A stretch of 64,000 nt of DNA from Thermoproteota archaeon (GCA_030550585.1 JAUQPB010000001.1:1-64000), one strand, 5' to 3'; shown: positions 30,915-40,550, counted from the first letter of the stretch. The notes: generated by a model not told the origin, from the letters alone. A program made the numbers and translations.

Positions 30915-31107
30915 GTGAAAAGAGAGGAAGACTATGTGATAGCGATAAGAGTTGCTAAGATAGAGAACTTTAGCGTGGCTGAGGTTCCCAAGATAGGTAT
31001 AGACTATCTGAAGAAAGTGGCTGAAAAGCTTCTAGAGCTCGGCAAGATCAGGGCTGTGGTTTTTGATGTGACTCCAAAAAACTCTGGCAACAATAGGGTA
31101 TGAGTAG
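30915..31107 (+). pseudogene. guaA: 3' fragment of GMP synthase (guaA C-terminal domain)
   Basis: YVIAIR...AVVFDVTPK, then frameshifted TLATIGYE*, matching the GuaA end (VVYDITSKPPATIEWE). Confidence 0.65.
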
Positions 31108-31138
31108 TGTTTAAATGGAGTGGATAAAATTACAAAAA

Positions 31139-31531
31139 CTATATTTCGACTTTGTATAGAGATGGGCATATATTACACTTTGTAATGTCTATCGATGGCT
31201 CTATCTCCTTATGTTTTTTGCATAGATATTTCCTAACCATGAAAGCCATTACGATTCTATCCAACTCTCTCACAACATCGTATTCACTCATATGATTTTC
31301 GATAATCCTGTTCGCCAAACCCTCTACAAGCTTCACAATATCTGTATACTCATCTATATTGATGTAGCTTCCCCTCTCCCCACTCAAATATCGTGTTACT
31401 AGAGATTGTGATATACCCAACTTCCTAGCTATCTCCACACCCATTAAACCCTTTTTCGCAAGCTCTAAAACGAGTCTTCTTTTTATTGCTGGGACAACAT
31501 ATTTTGATGCTAGCTCGTATGTGGATCTCAT
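31139..31531 (-). CDS. HTH transcriptional regulator with C-terminal Cys motif
   Basis: VVPAIKR...EIARKLGISQSLVTRYLSGERG...LCKKH...CNIC. Confidence 0.85.
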   Translation of the reverse strand: MRSTYELASKYVVPAIKRRLVLELAKKGLMGVEIARKLGISQSLVTRYLSGERGSYINIDEYTDIVKLVEGLANRIIENHMSEYDVVRELDRIVMAFMVRKYLCKKHKEIEPSIDITKCNICPSLYKVEI

Positions 31532-32856
31532 TATAGAACCACTATCTTCTTCTTTATCTCCTCAACATTGTTTATAACGTCTGTAAAGTCTTCGACTATC
31601 TCGAGAGTTCCTAGATACTCTCCCCTATCATTTTTGACAGCGACTATAAGTACTCTCAATATCCTGTCTCCTTGTCTAGTCCAAAACTCTCTATACTCTG
31701 CTTTGCCGGCTTTCAGCTCATCCACGGTTTCCCTAACCAACTTCTCTAGTCTTGGTGGGTGGCAAAACTCTATTCTTCTACCAAGAATGGTCTCAGTTCT
31801 TATGAACCCCTTCAACAGTTTGCTTTCATTGAATAGTGTTACCCTATCATTTTTATCCGCATATGTTATTTCGATTGGAATTGATTTGAGTAGTGCCTTA
31901 ATCTCCTCAACATTTAGATACCCCGTACCCAGATCTATATCGTTCTCCTCTACAATATTGTAATCATCTGGCTTCAAACCCATTTTAGCGACAACATCCT
32001 TGAACTCCTGTGGGAGCTTCTCAAGTTGCTGTGGCTCTACAACAGGCTTTAGCTCATGTGGCAAAACCGGTTTTGAGCCCGGCTTCCAAACACCGTCTTT
32101 CGCCTCGACTATCCACCCAATCCTATTAGCAATCTCGTATATAGCAGCCCACTCACCCTCTGTGAATAGCGCCCACACAGCTGGGAACAGGATCTTGTTT
32201 TCTCTAAACACAAGCTCTCCAATCTCTCTAGCAATCTCCATTCCAAGCTCTCCAACAGCTCTGACATCCTCTAGTGATCTGCTGTTCCGGGCCTTTGTGG
32301 CAAGATCAAACAACTTTCTGAGCTTTACGATAATCTGGTCTTCTCTACCCCACAAAACTCTTGGAACTGCTATGATCCCCCTTCTCTCAAGATATGGAAA
32401 TATGAGCATCTGTACCTTTCTATAGTGGCTTCTTAAAGCCCTTAGATTACTAGCTAAGTCCATTAGTATTGAGAGTTGCCTCAAAGCCTCGTCAGCATCC
32501 CTAGCCCTTAAGAGTATGGAGGACTGGAGGCCAAGAGCCTCAGCCTGCTTCAATATCCACTCATTCTCTCTCATGAGCAGGTCTACAGGATGGCCCTTTG
32601 GAACGTCTGAGAGCTCTCTACTGGCAAGATACTCTCTAAACAGCTCTACATGCAGATCACAGAGTTTTAGAATATCGTTAATTGATATGCCCTCGCCAAC
32701 AAGTTGCTGCTCTATCAAAGGAATTTCAAATGGGGATATCTGCTTAAGTATATCTCCAAACCTCTTCTTGAGCTCCTCTACACTCTCTCCTCTGTGAATG
32801 GCCTTCAACATGTTTTTAACTAGCTCTGCCTTTTTATTCATATCCAAACTTGACAT
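31531..32856 (-). CDS. DUF438/hemerythrin/PAS domain protein
   Basis: IEQQL...LCDLHV, GHPV, ENKILFP, CHPP. Confidence 0.88.
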   Translation of the reverse strand: MSSLDMNKKAELVKNMLKAIHRGESVEELKKRFGDILKQISPFEIPLIEQQLVGEGISINDILKLCDLHVELFREYLASRELSDVPKGHPVDLLMRENEWILKQAEALGLQSSILLRARDADEALRQLSILMDLASNLRALRSHYRKVQMLIFPYLERRGIIAVPRVLWGREDQIIVKLRKLFDLATKARNSRSLEDVRAVGELGMEIAREIGELVFRENKILFPAVWALFTEGEWAAIYEIANRIGWIVEAKDGVWKPGSKPVLPHELKPVVEPQQLEKLPQEFKDVVAKMGLKPDDYNIVEENDIDLGTGYLNVEEIKALLKSIPIEITYADKNDRVTLFNESKLLKGFIRTETILGRRIEFCHPPRLEKLVRETVDELKAGKAEYREFWTRQGDRILRVLIVAVKNDRGEYLGTLEIVEDFTDVINNVEEIKKKIVVL

Positions 32857-33092
32857 GTGTCAAGCACCGATTAGAATAGATGGCTGGAGAGCAATATAAG
32901 AATAGCGATAGTGAATCGCAATGAAAAACCCATAAAGAGTTTTACATCGTCACATCATTTTTACACAACATCGCAAGTCGTTTATAAAGCCCTTACAGTT
33001 GTATGTTTACATCTATGCTCTAAGACAAGGATCTTTTCAAAAGGAAAATCTATATATAGGTCGCCTTTGCCATAGTATATACGGGGTCTTGC

Positions 33093-33428
33093 ATGCCCCT
33101 CTGGAAATGCCAGGTGTGTGGATTTGTATATGAGGGTCCAGAGCCCCCTGAGAAATGTCCTAAGTGTGGCGCCCCCAAAGAACAGTTCAAACAGCTTTCA
33201 CCACAAGAAGAGCAGCTTGTTCTAAGGTCTAGAAAGACTAACTATCTCCACATGAAGGCTCTATCACTATTAAGAGAGCTTCAGGCTGTTGCTGAAGAGA
33301 TTATCCAAGATAATCTGGATCCACCATGTGTTAAGATAGCAAATGAGGAGAAGGAGTTCGCTTTAACGATGATTCAGAAGATTATGGCTGAGCTTGAAAC
33401 CCATATGAAGAAGGGCAAGTGGGGCTAA
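33093..33428 (+). CDS. Rubredoxin-like domain protein
   Basis: WKCQVCG...[11 protein letters not shown]. Confidence 0.88.
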   Translation: MPLWKCQVCGFVYEGPEPPEKCPKCGAPKEQFKQLSPQEEQLVLRSRKTNYLHMKALSLLRELQAVAEEIIQDNLDPPCVKIANEEKEFALTMIQKIMAELETHMKKGKWG

Positions 33429-33488
33429 ACCCAATAGAATGCCATGTTTAAAAATGATTTGATTTAATAAAAAATGTTTTTTATAGCC

Positions 33489-34364
33489 TCATTCTCTTTG
33501 CTCGCCTCTGCCAACCATCTTTGTTAGTGCTGTTAGCAGCTCTAGTGGAATGACTATCTTCGTAGATGGTGCTTCTGCTATCGATTTGAGCGCCTCTAGA
33601 TACTGAAGCAGAATGGCGTTTGGCCCTAGCTTCGCCGCCGCCTCGTTTATCAGCTCAAGTGCCTTCGCCCTTCCCTCTGCCACAAGTATCTGGTACTGTT
33701 TCTCTCCCTCACCCTTCTTTATCATTGCCTCTCTCTGGCCCTCAGCCTCTAGAATAGCCGCTGTTCTCTTGCCATCGGCCTCAGCTATCATAGCCCTCCT
33801 ATTTCTTTCAGCCGCCATCTGCTTTATCATCGCCTCTTGAACCTCCTTTGGCGGTTTAATCTCTTTTATCTCAACTGATGTTACTTTTATCCCCCATCTA
33901 TCTGTGACCTCATCTAGCCTAGCCCTAAGAGTAGAGTTTATGTACTCTCTTTTTGCAAGCACATCATCTAAAAGCATATCGCCTATTATAGCCCTTAGAG
34001 TGGTTATTGCTATACCTGTAGCCGCATTAACATAGTTTTGAACTGCTGTAACTGCTTTTATAGGATCGAATATCTTCATATAGACAAGCAGATCAACATC
34101 TACTGGCGCATTATCCTTTGTTATGCATGTCTGTGGAGGGATATCAATTACAAACTCCCTCAAGTCGATTGTTACACCAGTGTCTATTATGGGTATCAAA
34201 AAGACTATTCCAGGCCCCTTAACACCAACAAGTTTACCAAGCCTAAACACAACCAATCTTCTATACTCTGGCACAACCTTTATCCTTGGAACCACAATTG
34301 CTAGTATAATTATCAAAAACAGTATTAGTAGAAAGATTGAGACCACATCCATATCTGCCACCAA
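33489..34364 (-). CDS. SPFH/stomatin family protein
   Basis: VVFRLGK, ITKDNAPV, WGIKVTSVEIK, QMAAER. Confidence 0.93.
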   Translation of the reverse strand: MVADMDVVSIFLLILFLIIILAIVVPRIKVVPEYRRLVVFRLGKLVGVKGPGIVFLIPIIDTGVTIDLREFVIDIPPQTCITKDNAPVDVDLLVYMKIFDPIKAVTAVQNYVNAATGIAITTLRAIIGDMLLDDVLAKREYINSTLRARLDEVTDRWGIKVTSVEIKEIKPPKEVQEAMIKQMAAERNRRAMIAEADGKRTAAILEAEGQREAMIKKGEGEKQYQILVAEGRAKALELINEAAAKLGPNAILLQYLEALKSIAEAPSTKIVIPLELLTALTKMVGRGEQRE

Positions 34365-34399
34365 AACACATAGTTTTTGGCTGTAAAATAAATGCTTTT

Positions 34400-35641
34400 C
34401 TAATCAATTTTCTCGACATATAGCTTTAGACCATCGACCCTAACTACCCTCACTCTAGAGCCTGCTGGTATAGCCCCCCTAACAGAGTATGCTGTCCAAT
34501 CCTCGCCAAGTACATAGACAACGCCAGGGCTTGTTTCACCAATATCTGTTTTGGCGATGCCTATAGAGGATAGAAGCTGTTGCTCCAAAGATGGTCTTCT
34601 TCTCCTAGCGGTTTCAACAGCTTTATACGCTGCAAAAACCATTATAGATGATATTGTTGCCAAGCCTCCAATAACTATGTAGACAGCTTGGGTAAGCAGC
34701 TGTGGGGGTGTTAGATAGATCTGGTAGGCAGCTCCAATAACGAGTAGTGCTATACCACTAACCCCGAATAAGCCGAACCCAGGTGTGAACATCTCTACTG
34801 CTAATAGTGTAGCCCCTGAAACAGCTATTATCAATGCAAATATGTCTGGGGGTATAATATTCATTGAGTAGAGAGATAGGGAAATAAGTATTGCGCCAGC
34901 TACTGCATATCCCTGGAAACCAGCTGTCAGAATCTCAGCCACAACCAAAATAGCTCCAGAGACTAGAAGAATCATAGACACTATTGGCAGTGAAAATACA
35001 GAGACTAGCCTATCCCATAAACCAGGTCTAAACACACCCGAGACAGAGACTCCAATAGCTTTTTCAACCTCCTCTAGAGAGTCAGCTCTTCTAGCAAAAC
35101 CAATCGATATAGCCTCATCAGCTGTTAGAGTCTTTCCCTCTCTAACCATAGACTCTGCAACCATAACAAGAGTCGCATTGTTGCCGAAGAGCCTCTGAGC
35201 CAAAGACCTGAACCTGGCAGCTACATACTCAACTGTTTTCTTGTCAGATGGCTGGGGAATAGCATCGCCAATAACAGAGCCAGAGCCCATGAAAATACCT
35301 CTGCAAGCCAATGCAACCATAGATGCAGCTGAGACAGCATATCCACCTGGGGGGACCCACGCATAGCAAGTTATGTTTCTCTCAACAATTGTATTAACAA
35401 TCTCGTCAGCAACAGATAGATACCCACCATAGCTATTGATACCCAGAATAACAACCCTATCACCAGCATCCCTAAAAACCCTCTGAAGAAAAGTCAATGC
35501 ACCACCATCTACATTCATAGCCAGATCAACAAAAACAGCATTAGAATCCCCAGCAAACGCTATAGAGACTAAAGAGGCTAGATAACCTAAAACAACCAAA
35601 ACAGCTATTACAAAAACCCTTGAAACAGCCATAGCATACAC
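34400..35641 (-). CDS. nfeD: NfeD-family membrane protease (stomatin partner)
   Basis: INSYGG, AVSAASM, GSVIGDA.P and a C-terminal OB fold, upstream of the SPFH gene. Confidence 0.88.
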   Translation of the reverse strand: MYAMAVSRVFVIAVLVVLGYLASLVSIAFAGDSNAVFVDLAMNVDGGALTFLQRVFRDAGDRVVILGINSYGGYLSVADEIVNTIVERNITCYAWVPPGGYAVSAASMVALACRGIFMGSGSVIGDAIPQPSDKKTVEYVAARFRSLAQRLFGNNATLVMVAESMVREGKTLTADEAISIGFARRADSLEEVEKAIGVSVSGVFRPGLWDRLVSVFSLPIVSMILLVSGAILVVAEILTAGFQGYAVAGAILISLSLYSMNIIPPDIFALIIAVSGATLLAVEMFTPGFGLFGVSGIALLVIGAAYQIYLTPPQLLTQAVYIVIGGLATISSIMVFAAYKAVETARRRRPSLEQQLLSSIGIAKTDIGETSPGVVYVLGEDWTAYSVRGAIPAGSRVRVVRVDGLKLYVEKID

Positions 35642-35923
35642 CCTAAATCATTTCGACTCCATTTATCGAGCTACACTATTTACTTTATCAATCTGTTCTC
35701 ACAAAACAAAAACTTATAATACTTTATGGTGTACACTATGTTGGATCGAGCATAAAACTTTATGGCTATGAGAACAGCGAAAATTAATTTGCAATCCAAT
35801 GTAGAATGATAATAAATGATTATAAATTATTGAACTGAGTATTACTGGTACACTCTATAAACATTGTTTTCCACCGTTAAAAAAAAGCTTGCTCAGCTAT
35901 ACATTATATTATGAGGTGAGCAG

Positions 35924-37201
35924 ATGGCTCTTACCACAATCTTTCGTGGGCATAGAACACTGGTTGTGTCAGCCCTTGTAGCTACCGTAGCAATAATAAT
36001 ACATGGTGTTGCGCCTGGATATTTCGCGATAAACAGTATTGATGTTATGAATAGTTTTAGCTCCTCATTGCAGAGTATCGGAGGATTTCTGAAGAACTCT
36101 ATAAGAGACTTTATAGGGAATTTGTTTAGTTGCGCCACTTGTACATATGATCATAAGGATTGTATTATTATACCTGGTAAGTATTGTAACGGGACTGGTG
36201 TGTTCTCCAGGGAGATGATGATCTATGGTGGAACCAATGGTTCGTGGATCGACAGGATCTATTTAAGAACATCCATAGTTCCTGTCCCAAACAACTATGC
36301 CTATGCTATTGCGCATTCCCTTAGGCAGAGAGTTGGCATTAGCGTCAATATTGATGAGCAGCATCTATACACAATAATATTGAGGATAATTAGGCATACA
36401 CCTGTTAAGGAGAGATGCAGTAGCGAGGAATGTGTTAAGATTTATAGGGTTCCAAGCGATGAGGCAATAGCATTTCTGGTTCTTAAAAATGGTAGCGGTA
36501 TATCGATATATGTTGCCAAATTCAATGGCAGTAGGGTTGTCAGCATCTCTGCAGCTAGATACCTTGTTTATAGTCGAGAAATTGTTCTAGAGAATAGGCG
36601 GAGCATTAGGGATGAAGTGAAATCAAGGCTCAACATCACAGAAAACGATATTGAGAGGCTTGGCATCCCCACAGAGGTTGTAGAGAAGCTTATTGTCTAT
36701 CGCTATAAACTTGATTTGAATAGTCTTGGCAAAGAATATACAACTATCGATGGCATCAACATTGATCCCGCAATGGCCCCGGGACCAGTTCTATATGAGC
36801 TAAGGTCCCAGATAGCAACAGGCTCCATAGTCTATGCCGAGACCATACTCAGAATAGAAACTTATTGGTCTCCAGTAATAGGGGTGATAGTATCGGCTAT
36901 AGACAGAAGTGAATGCAAATCCTATACCCCAACAATGCTTGTATCTGACTGTTATCACAAAGTATATCTAACTGCATCGACAGTTGAAGGAGAGGCTTAT
37001 GGAAAATATGTGCTTATTGTAGGCATACTCCCACCGATATACATAACCTACTGTGCTGGGGCAAAAATGGCTGTAAATAGAACAACTGGGCTACCTATTG
37101 TTGGCAATACACGTGTTTGTTGGTGGCTTGGCTCACCGCCACCAAGTCCGAGGGGATCCACCGGGTGTAAAGATATGTGCCCAGTTTGTATATATGGGTA
37201 A
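35924..37201 (+). CDS. Secreted Cys-rich hypothetical protein
   Basis: 425-aa ORF with GAGGTGA RBS, N-terminal hydrophobic segment and multiple Cys pairs. Confidence 0.75.
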   Translation: MALTTIFRGHRTLVVSALVATVAIIIHGVAPGYFAINSIDVMNSFSSSLQSIGGFLKNSIRDFIGNLFSCATCTYDHKDCIIIPGKYCNGTGVFSREMMIYGGTNGSWIDRIYLRTSIVPVPNNYAYAIAHSLRQRVGISVNIDEQHLYTIILRIIRHTPVKERCSSEECVKIYRVPSDEAIAFLVLKNGSGISIYVAKFNGSRVVSISAARYLVYSREIVLENRRSIRDEVKSRLNITENDIERLGIPTEVVEKLIVYRYKLDLNSLGKEYTTIDGINIDPAMAPGPVLYELRSQIATGSIVYAETILRIETYWSPVIGVIVSAIDRSECKSYTPTMLVSDCYHKVYLTASTVEGEAYGKYVLIVGILPPIYITYCAGAKMAVNRTTGLPIVGNTRVCWWLGSPPPSPRGSTGCKDMCPVCIYG

Positions 37202-37368
37202 AGCCTGTCATAGGCAATGCAACAACTCTTTCCAAAGGATTCCAAAATCAGGGAAGGGTAATGTGTTTTCGAAACATTTTATGTGTCTAGCTGAAAGATT
37301 CTGACCTCTCTGTTTTTTAATTGGGGTAGGGGCAGCAATGCTAAAAGCAATGTTTTTTGTGTTTGGAG

Positions 37369-38609
37369 CTATTTGCTTCTTTTCTTTATTAAAATGTTTA
37401 TTGCTATAGCTATTACCGCTGCTATTATTGAGAATATTGCTGAGAGGAGAGCTGTTGTAATGAATGAGCCTGTTAAGTCCCTGGCTAAACCTCCTATTAG
37501 TGGACCAGCTATGGATGCTGCCATTACAACTGATGTTTGTATACCCAGTAGTTTCCCCATGTTGTTTTGTCCAAACAGCTTTGGTATTAGAAGCATATGT
37601 GCAACTGGTTCTCCGCCAAATGCTAGAAATCTCAGCCAAATCATTGAAACTACCGCCTCTATGCTATGTTTGGTAAAGCTTATCGCTAAAAACATTGATG
37701 CTGCTTCTACAGCGTATAGCAGTGGGAGAGTCTCTAAAACACCTAGGCGCATAGCTATAAACCCCCATGCAAAGGCTCCTACACTTTGCAGCACACCCGA
37801 TACGCTCATGACCATTGGTACATAGCTTCTAGATATAGTAGTGCTATCCATGCCCAGGTTCTTGCAGAAATCTGTTGTTATAGGTGCTAGGAACTGGAGG
37901 AGTATAGTGGATGACATAGCTATGAAGAACTCTCTAGATAGGAAAAAGCGAAGAATATTGGAGCAAGTAAGAATATGAATGTTGCCGGGATTTTTGCAAA
38001 GGTTGTCGAAGACCCTTTTACAGAATCTCTATATAGGCTTTGTCTAGAGTATATAATGCCGCAAACAATCATTGCTATAAACGATACTATTGATAGAGCA
38101 AGAAATACTTCAAACACGTCAAACACCTCTATCATTGCAGATATTATAGGAGACCACATAGTCAGAGCTAGATAGCTAGCGCTTTGGGCAATAGCCAAGG
38201 CAATGGCAGGTTTGTCAGAGAATGACATTAGCAGAGCGGGATTAACGCTCAACACTAGAGCTGTTGCGCCAAGGCCAGCCACAACATTTCCCGCATACCA
38301 CATCCACATAGATAAACCCCATGAGAAAAACTTCATGGGGTAAAATACAAAGGCTGATAGAAGCTGTGTTAAAGCACCTATGTAAATAACAACCGAGGGC
38401 CCCCTCCTATCGTATAGACCACCAAGAAGATAAGATGAGAACACAGATGCCACACCCGATAGCATAGGACCTAGGGACAGCAGTGTAACAGCGCCAATGC
38501 TATAGTAGCTCATTAGATGTGAATAGAATATCGAGATATTCATTCTCCAACTAGATACGAGAATAGCTATTAAACCAGCCAACATGAGAACCAATCTCTT
38601 GCCGTTCAT
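37369..38609 (-). pseudogene. MFS transporter split by a 26-bp insertion (37930-37955)
   Basis: GGLYDRRGP and GGLARDLTGSF MFS motifs; removing the insertion restores the frame. Confidence 0.85.
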
Positions 38610-38673
38610 TGGCACCCCCTTTACATGCACATTTTGCATAGAAAGGGTTTTTAATATTTAGACTAATTATTTG

Positions 38674-38937
38674 TTATCTCCCATGTTTTCTAGCTATAGC
38701 AACTACAGCATTTTTGTCAAAGTACACTAACTCTACTACTGTGAAGCCCTCTCTAGATAGGAAAAAGCGAAGAAGATTCACAGGTATGTCGCTTGCATTG
38801 AATATGATTCTGATCTCCTCGACCTCCTCTCTAGAAATACTACGCAAGCTATTTACTAAAACAGCTATGGGATGCGAATTGCAAGAGCTTGGCACACCCC
38901 TCAAATCTATTTCCTTGGTTCTCAACCTCCTCACCAC
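38674..38937 (-). CDS. TusA/SirA-like sulfur carrier protein
   Basis: IDLRG...C..HP motif, 87 aa. Confidence 0.55.
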   Translation of the reverse strand: MVRRLRTKEIDLRGVPSSCNSHPIAVLVNSLRSISREEVEEIRIIFNASDIPVNLLRFFLSREGFTVVELVYFDKNAVVAIARKHGR

Positions 38938-39037
38938 ACCATGGCAGACCCCACCATCGAAACCCAGGAGTTAACACTATTACATAGATATTTGTTGAGG
39001 AAACAAAAGTTTTTGCCTTGTTTGCGAAAAAAGCTTT

Positions 39038-39091
39038 TGATGATGAGTGCACGTCAGGTTGAGTGATGATTGAACAGTCGTGTGCTGAGCA
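39038..39091 (+). ncRNA. C/D box methylation guide sRNA
   Basis: ATGATGA-12nt-TTGA-GTGATGA-15nt-CTGA. Confidence 0.82.
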
Positions 39092-39163
39092 AGGTAATTT
39101 CAGTTTTTTGCATAGACATGAGGTTTAAGAGCTGTGGAAAATTCCTTGGTGTTGTATAGTGGG

Positions 39164-40060
39164 CTAAGTTGCTTTTCTAAAGATTTTGAATCCGTTGGTG
39201 TAGCACCATAGAAGCAGTGCTATAGCTATGATTATGCCTCCCACCAACGCATATATAATACTCATGGTGTTCTGAGGAACCTTTTCCAGTGTTGCTGTAG
39301 AGAGGATTGTTGTTAAAACAGTTTCTTGGGATGACACAGTTTTTGTTGTAGTAACTGTCGCAAATTGTGTAGCTGTTTGCTGTGATGGGGCTTGAACAGT
39401 TTCTCTCTGTGTTAAGGTAATTAAGCTGATGTAGGTTGATACTTGCTGCACTGTTGTTGGTGTAATACGCTCCACAGTAACTGTTGTTGGTTGTAAAAGA
39501 AGAGCCCACACTGTTGATGTTGTTGTGGTGGGGGATAGCTGTGTGAGGGTTACTGTTGATAGAAGTGTTGTTGTCGCTGTAATTGTTGTAGTTGGTATAA
39601 GGACTTGGGGTGTAGTGGCATTTAAGCCGCTAACCCTCTCTAGGCTTATGCTCACATATGCCTCATAAGATATGAGATTCATTAGTATAATGGTATAGTT
39701 GCCGCCCGCCATAGTCTTAATAGAGAATGTTGTTTGCTGCCTAGTTGCATTAATTCTAAAAATGGCCACAGGATAATTCTGCGGATCCAAAACAATTCCA
39801 GCTACATCTATACAAAAATCGACTGTACATGTAGCTCTACTCTTTATTGTGCCAACCACACTATCTAGTGGATTTAGCCTAATCTGAAACCTTACAAAAG
39901 ACTTTGGCGGTATAAAAACATAGTCATTGGAATATATGACCTGGCCATACAGACTCTGAATTGATGCATGCAATGCAATTCCTATAAGAACAATCAGTAC
40001 CACTAGACTACATTGTTTCCCAACCCTTTCAACTAACTGAAAGATATTCACAGCCTGCAT
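39164..40060 (-). CDS. Thr-rich surface protein with C-terminal membrane anchor
   Basis: Signal segment, beta-rich domain, Thr-rich linker, C-terminal TM helix. Confidence 0.75.
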   Translation of the reverse strand: MQAVNIFQLVERVGKQCSLVVLIVLIGIALHASIQSLYGQVIYSNDYVFIPPKSFVRFQIRLNPLDSVVGTIKSRATCTVDFCIDVAGIVLDPQNYPVAIFRINATRQQTTFSIKTMAGGNYTIILMNLISYEAYVSISLERVSGLNATTPQVLIPTTTITATTTLLSTVTLTQLSPTTTTSTVWALLLQPTTVTVERITPTTVQQVSTYISLITLTQRETVQAPSQQTATQFATVTTTKTVSSQETVLTTILSTATLEKVPQNTMSIIYALVGGIIIAIALLLWCYTNGFKIFRKAT

Positions 40061-40154
40061 ATCTTCCCTCCAGTATACGCAACCATGTAAACACATATAT
40101 ATAGTTTATCTCTTCTAGTCTAAAAACAGCAATAGAGATCGAAACATCTACACC

Positions 40155-40208
40155 AAGTGATGATAAGATCGCCGCTCTGATCAGTGATGATGGCCGAGTT
40201 CACTGACA
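40155..40208 (+). ncRNA. C/D box guide sRNA
   Basis: GTGATGA-13nt-CTGA-TCA-GTGATGA-12nt-CTGA. Confidence 0.9.
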
Positions 40209-40257
40209 ACATATTCTCTACTAAGCCAAATAAGACACAGAAAGTTAGCATCGATTA

Positions 40258-40312
40258 TATCAGCGCAATTCTCTCCTATCATCAATCAACAGCGGTGGAG
40301 GATCATCATCAA
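40258..40312 (-). ncRNA. C/D box guide sRNA
   Basis: Minus strand: ATGATGA-TCCTCCACCGCTG-TTGA-TTGATGA-TAGGAGAGAATTGCG-CTGA. Confidence 0.8.
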
Positions 40313-40358
40313 AATTTTGCATCAAAAACACAAAAAATATGTATATGTATAAAATGTT

Positions 40359-40415
40359 TATCAGTGCGTATAGCTGTTATCACAATTCAAATCGCGGCCT
40401 CTATCATCATCACAT
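40359..40415 (-). ncRNA. C/D box guide sRNA
   Basis: Minus strand: ATGATGA-TAGAGGCCGCGAT-TTGA-ATT-GTGATAA-CAGCTATACGCA-CTGA. Confidence 0.75.
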
Positions 40416-40494
40416 CTATACATGAATAAAAAATACTATTAAAAGCTTTTGATTATATTTCATCCATAGTGTGGAGCTGTAGTAACTATGACAG

Positions 40495-40550
40495 ATGTGA
40501 TGAGGGCTGTAGCCTCTGCTGATATGTGATGTTGCCCCTACCCCCTGATC
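40495..40550 (+). ncRNA. C/D box guide sRNA
   Basis: GTGATGA-15nt-CTGA-TAT-GTGATGT-TGCCCCTACCCC-CTGA. Confidence 0.85.
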
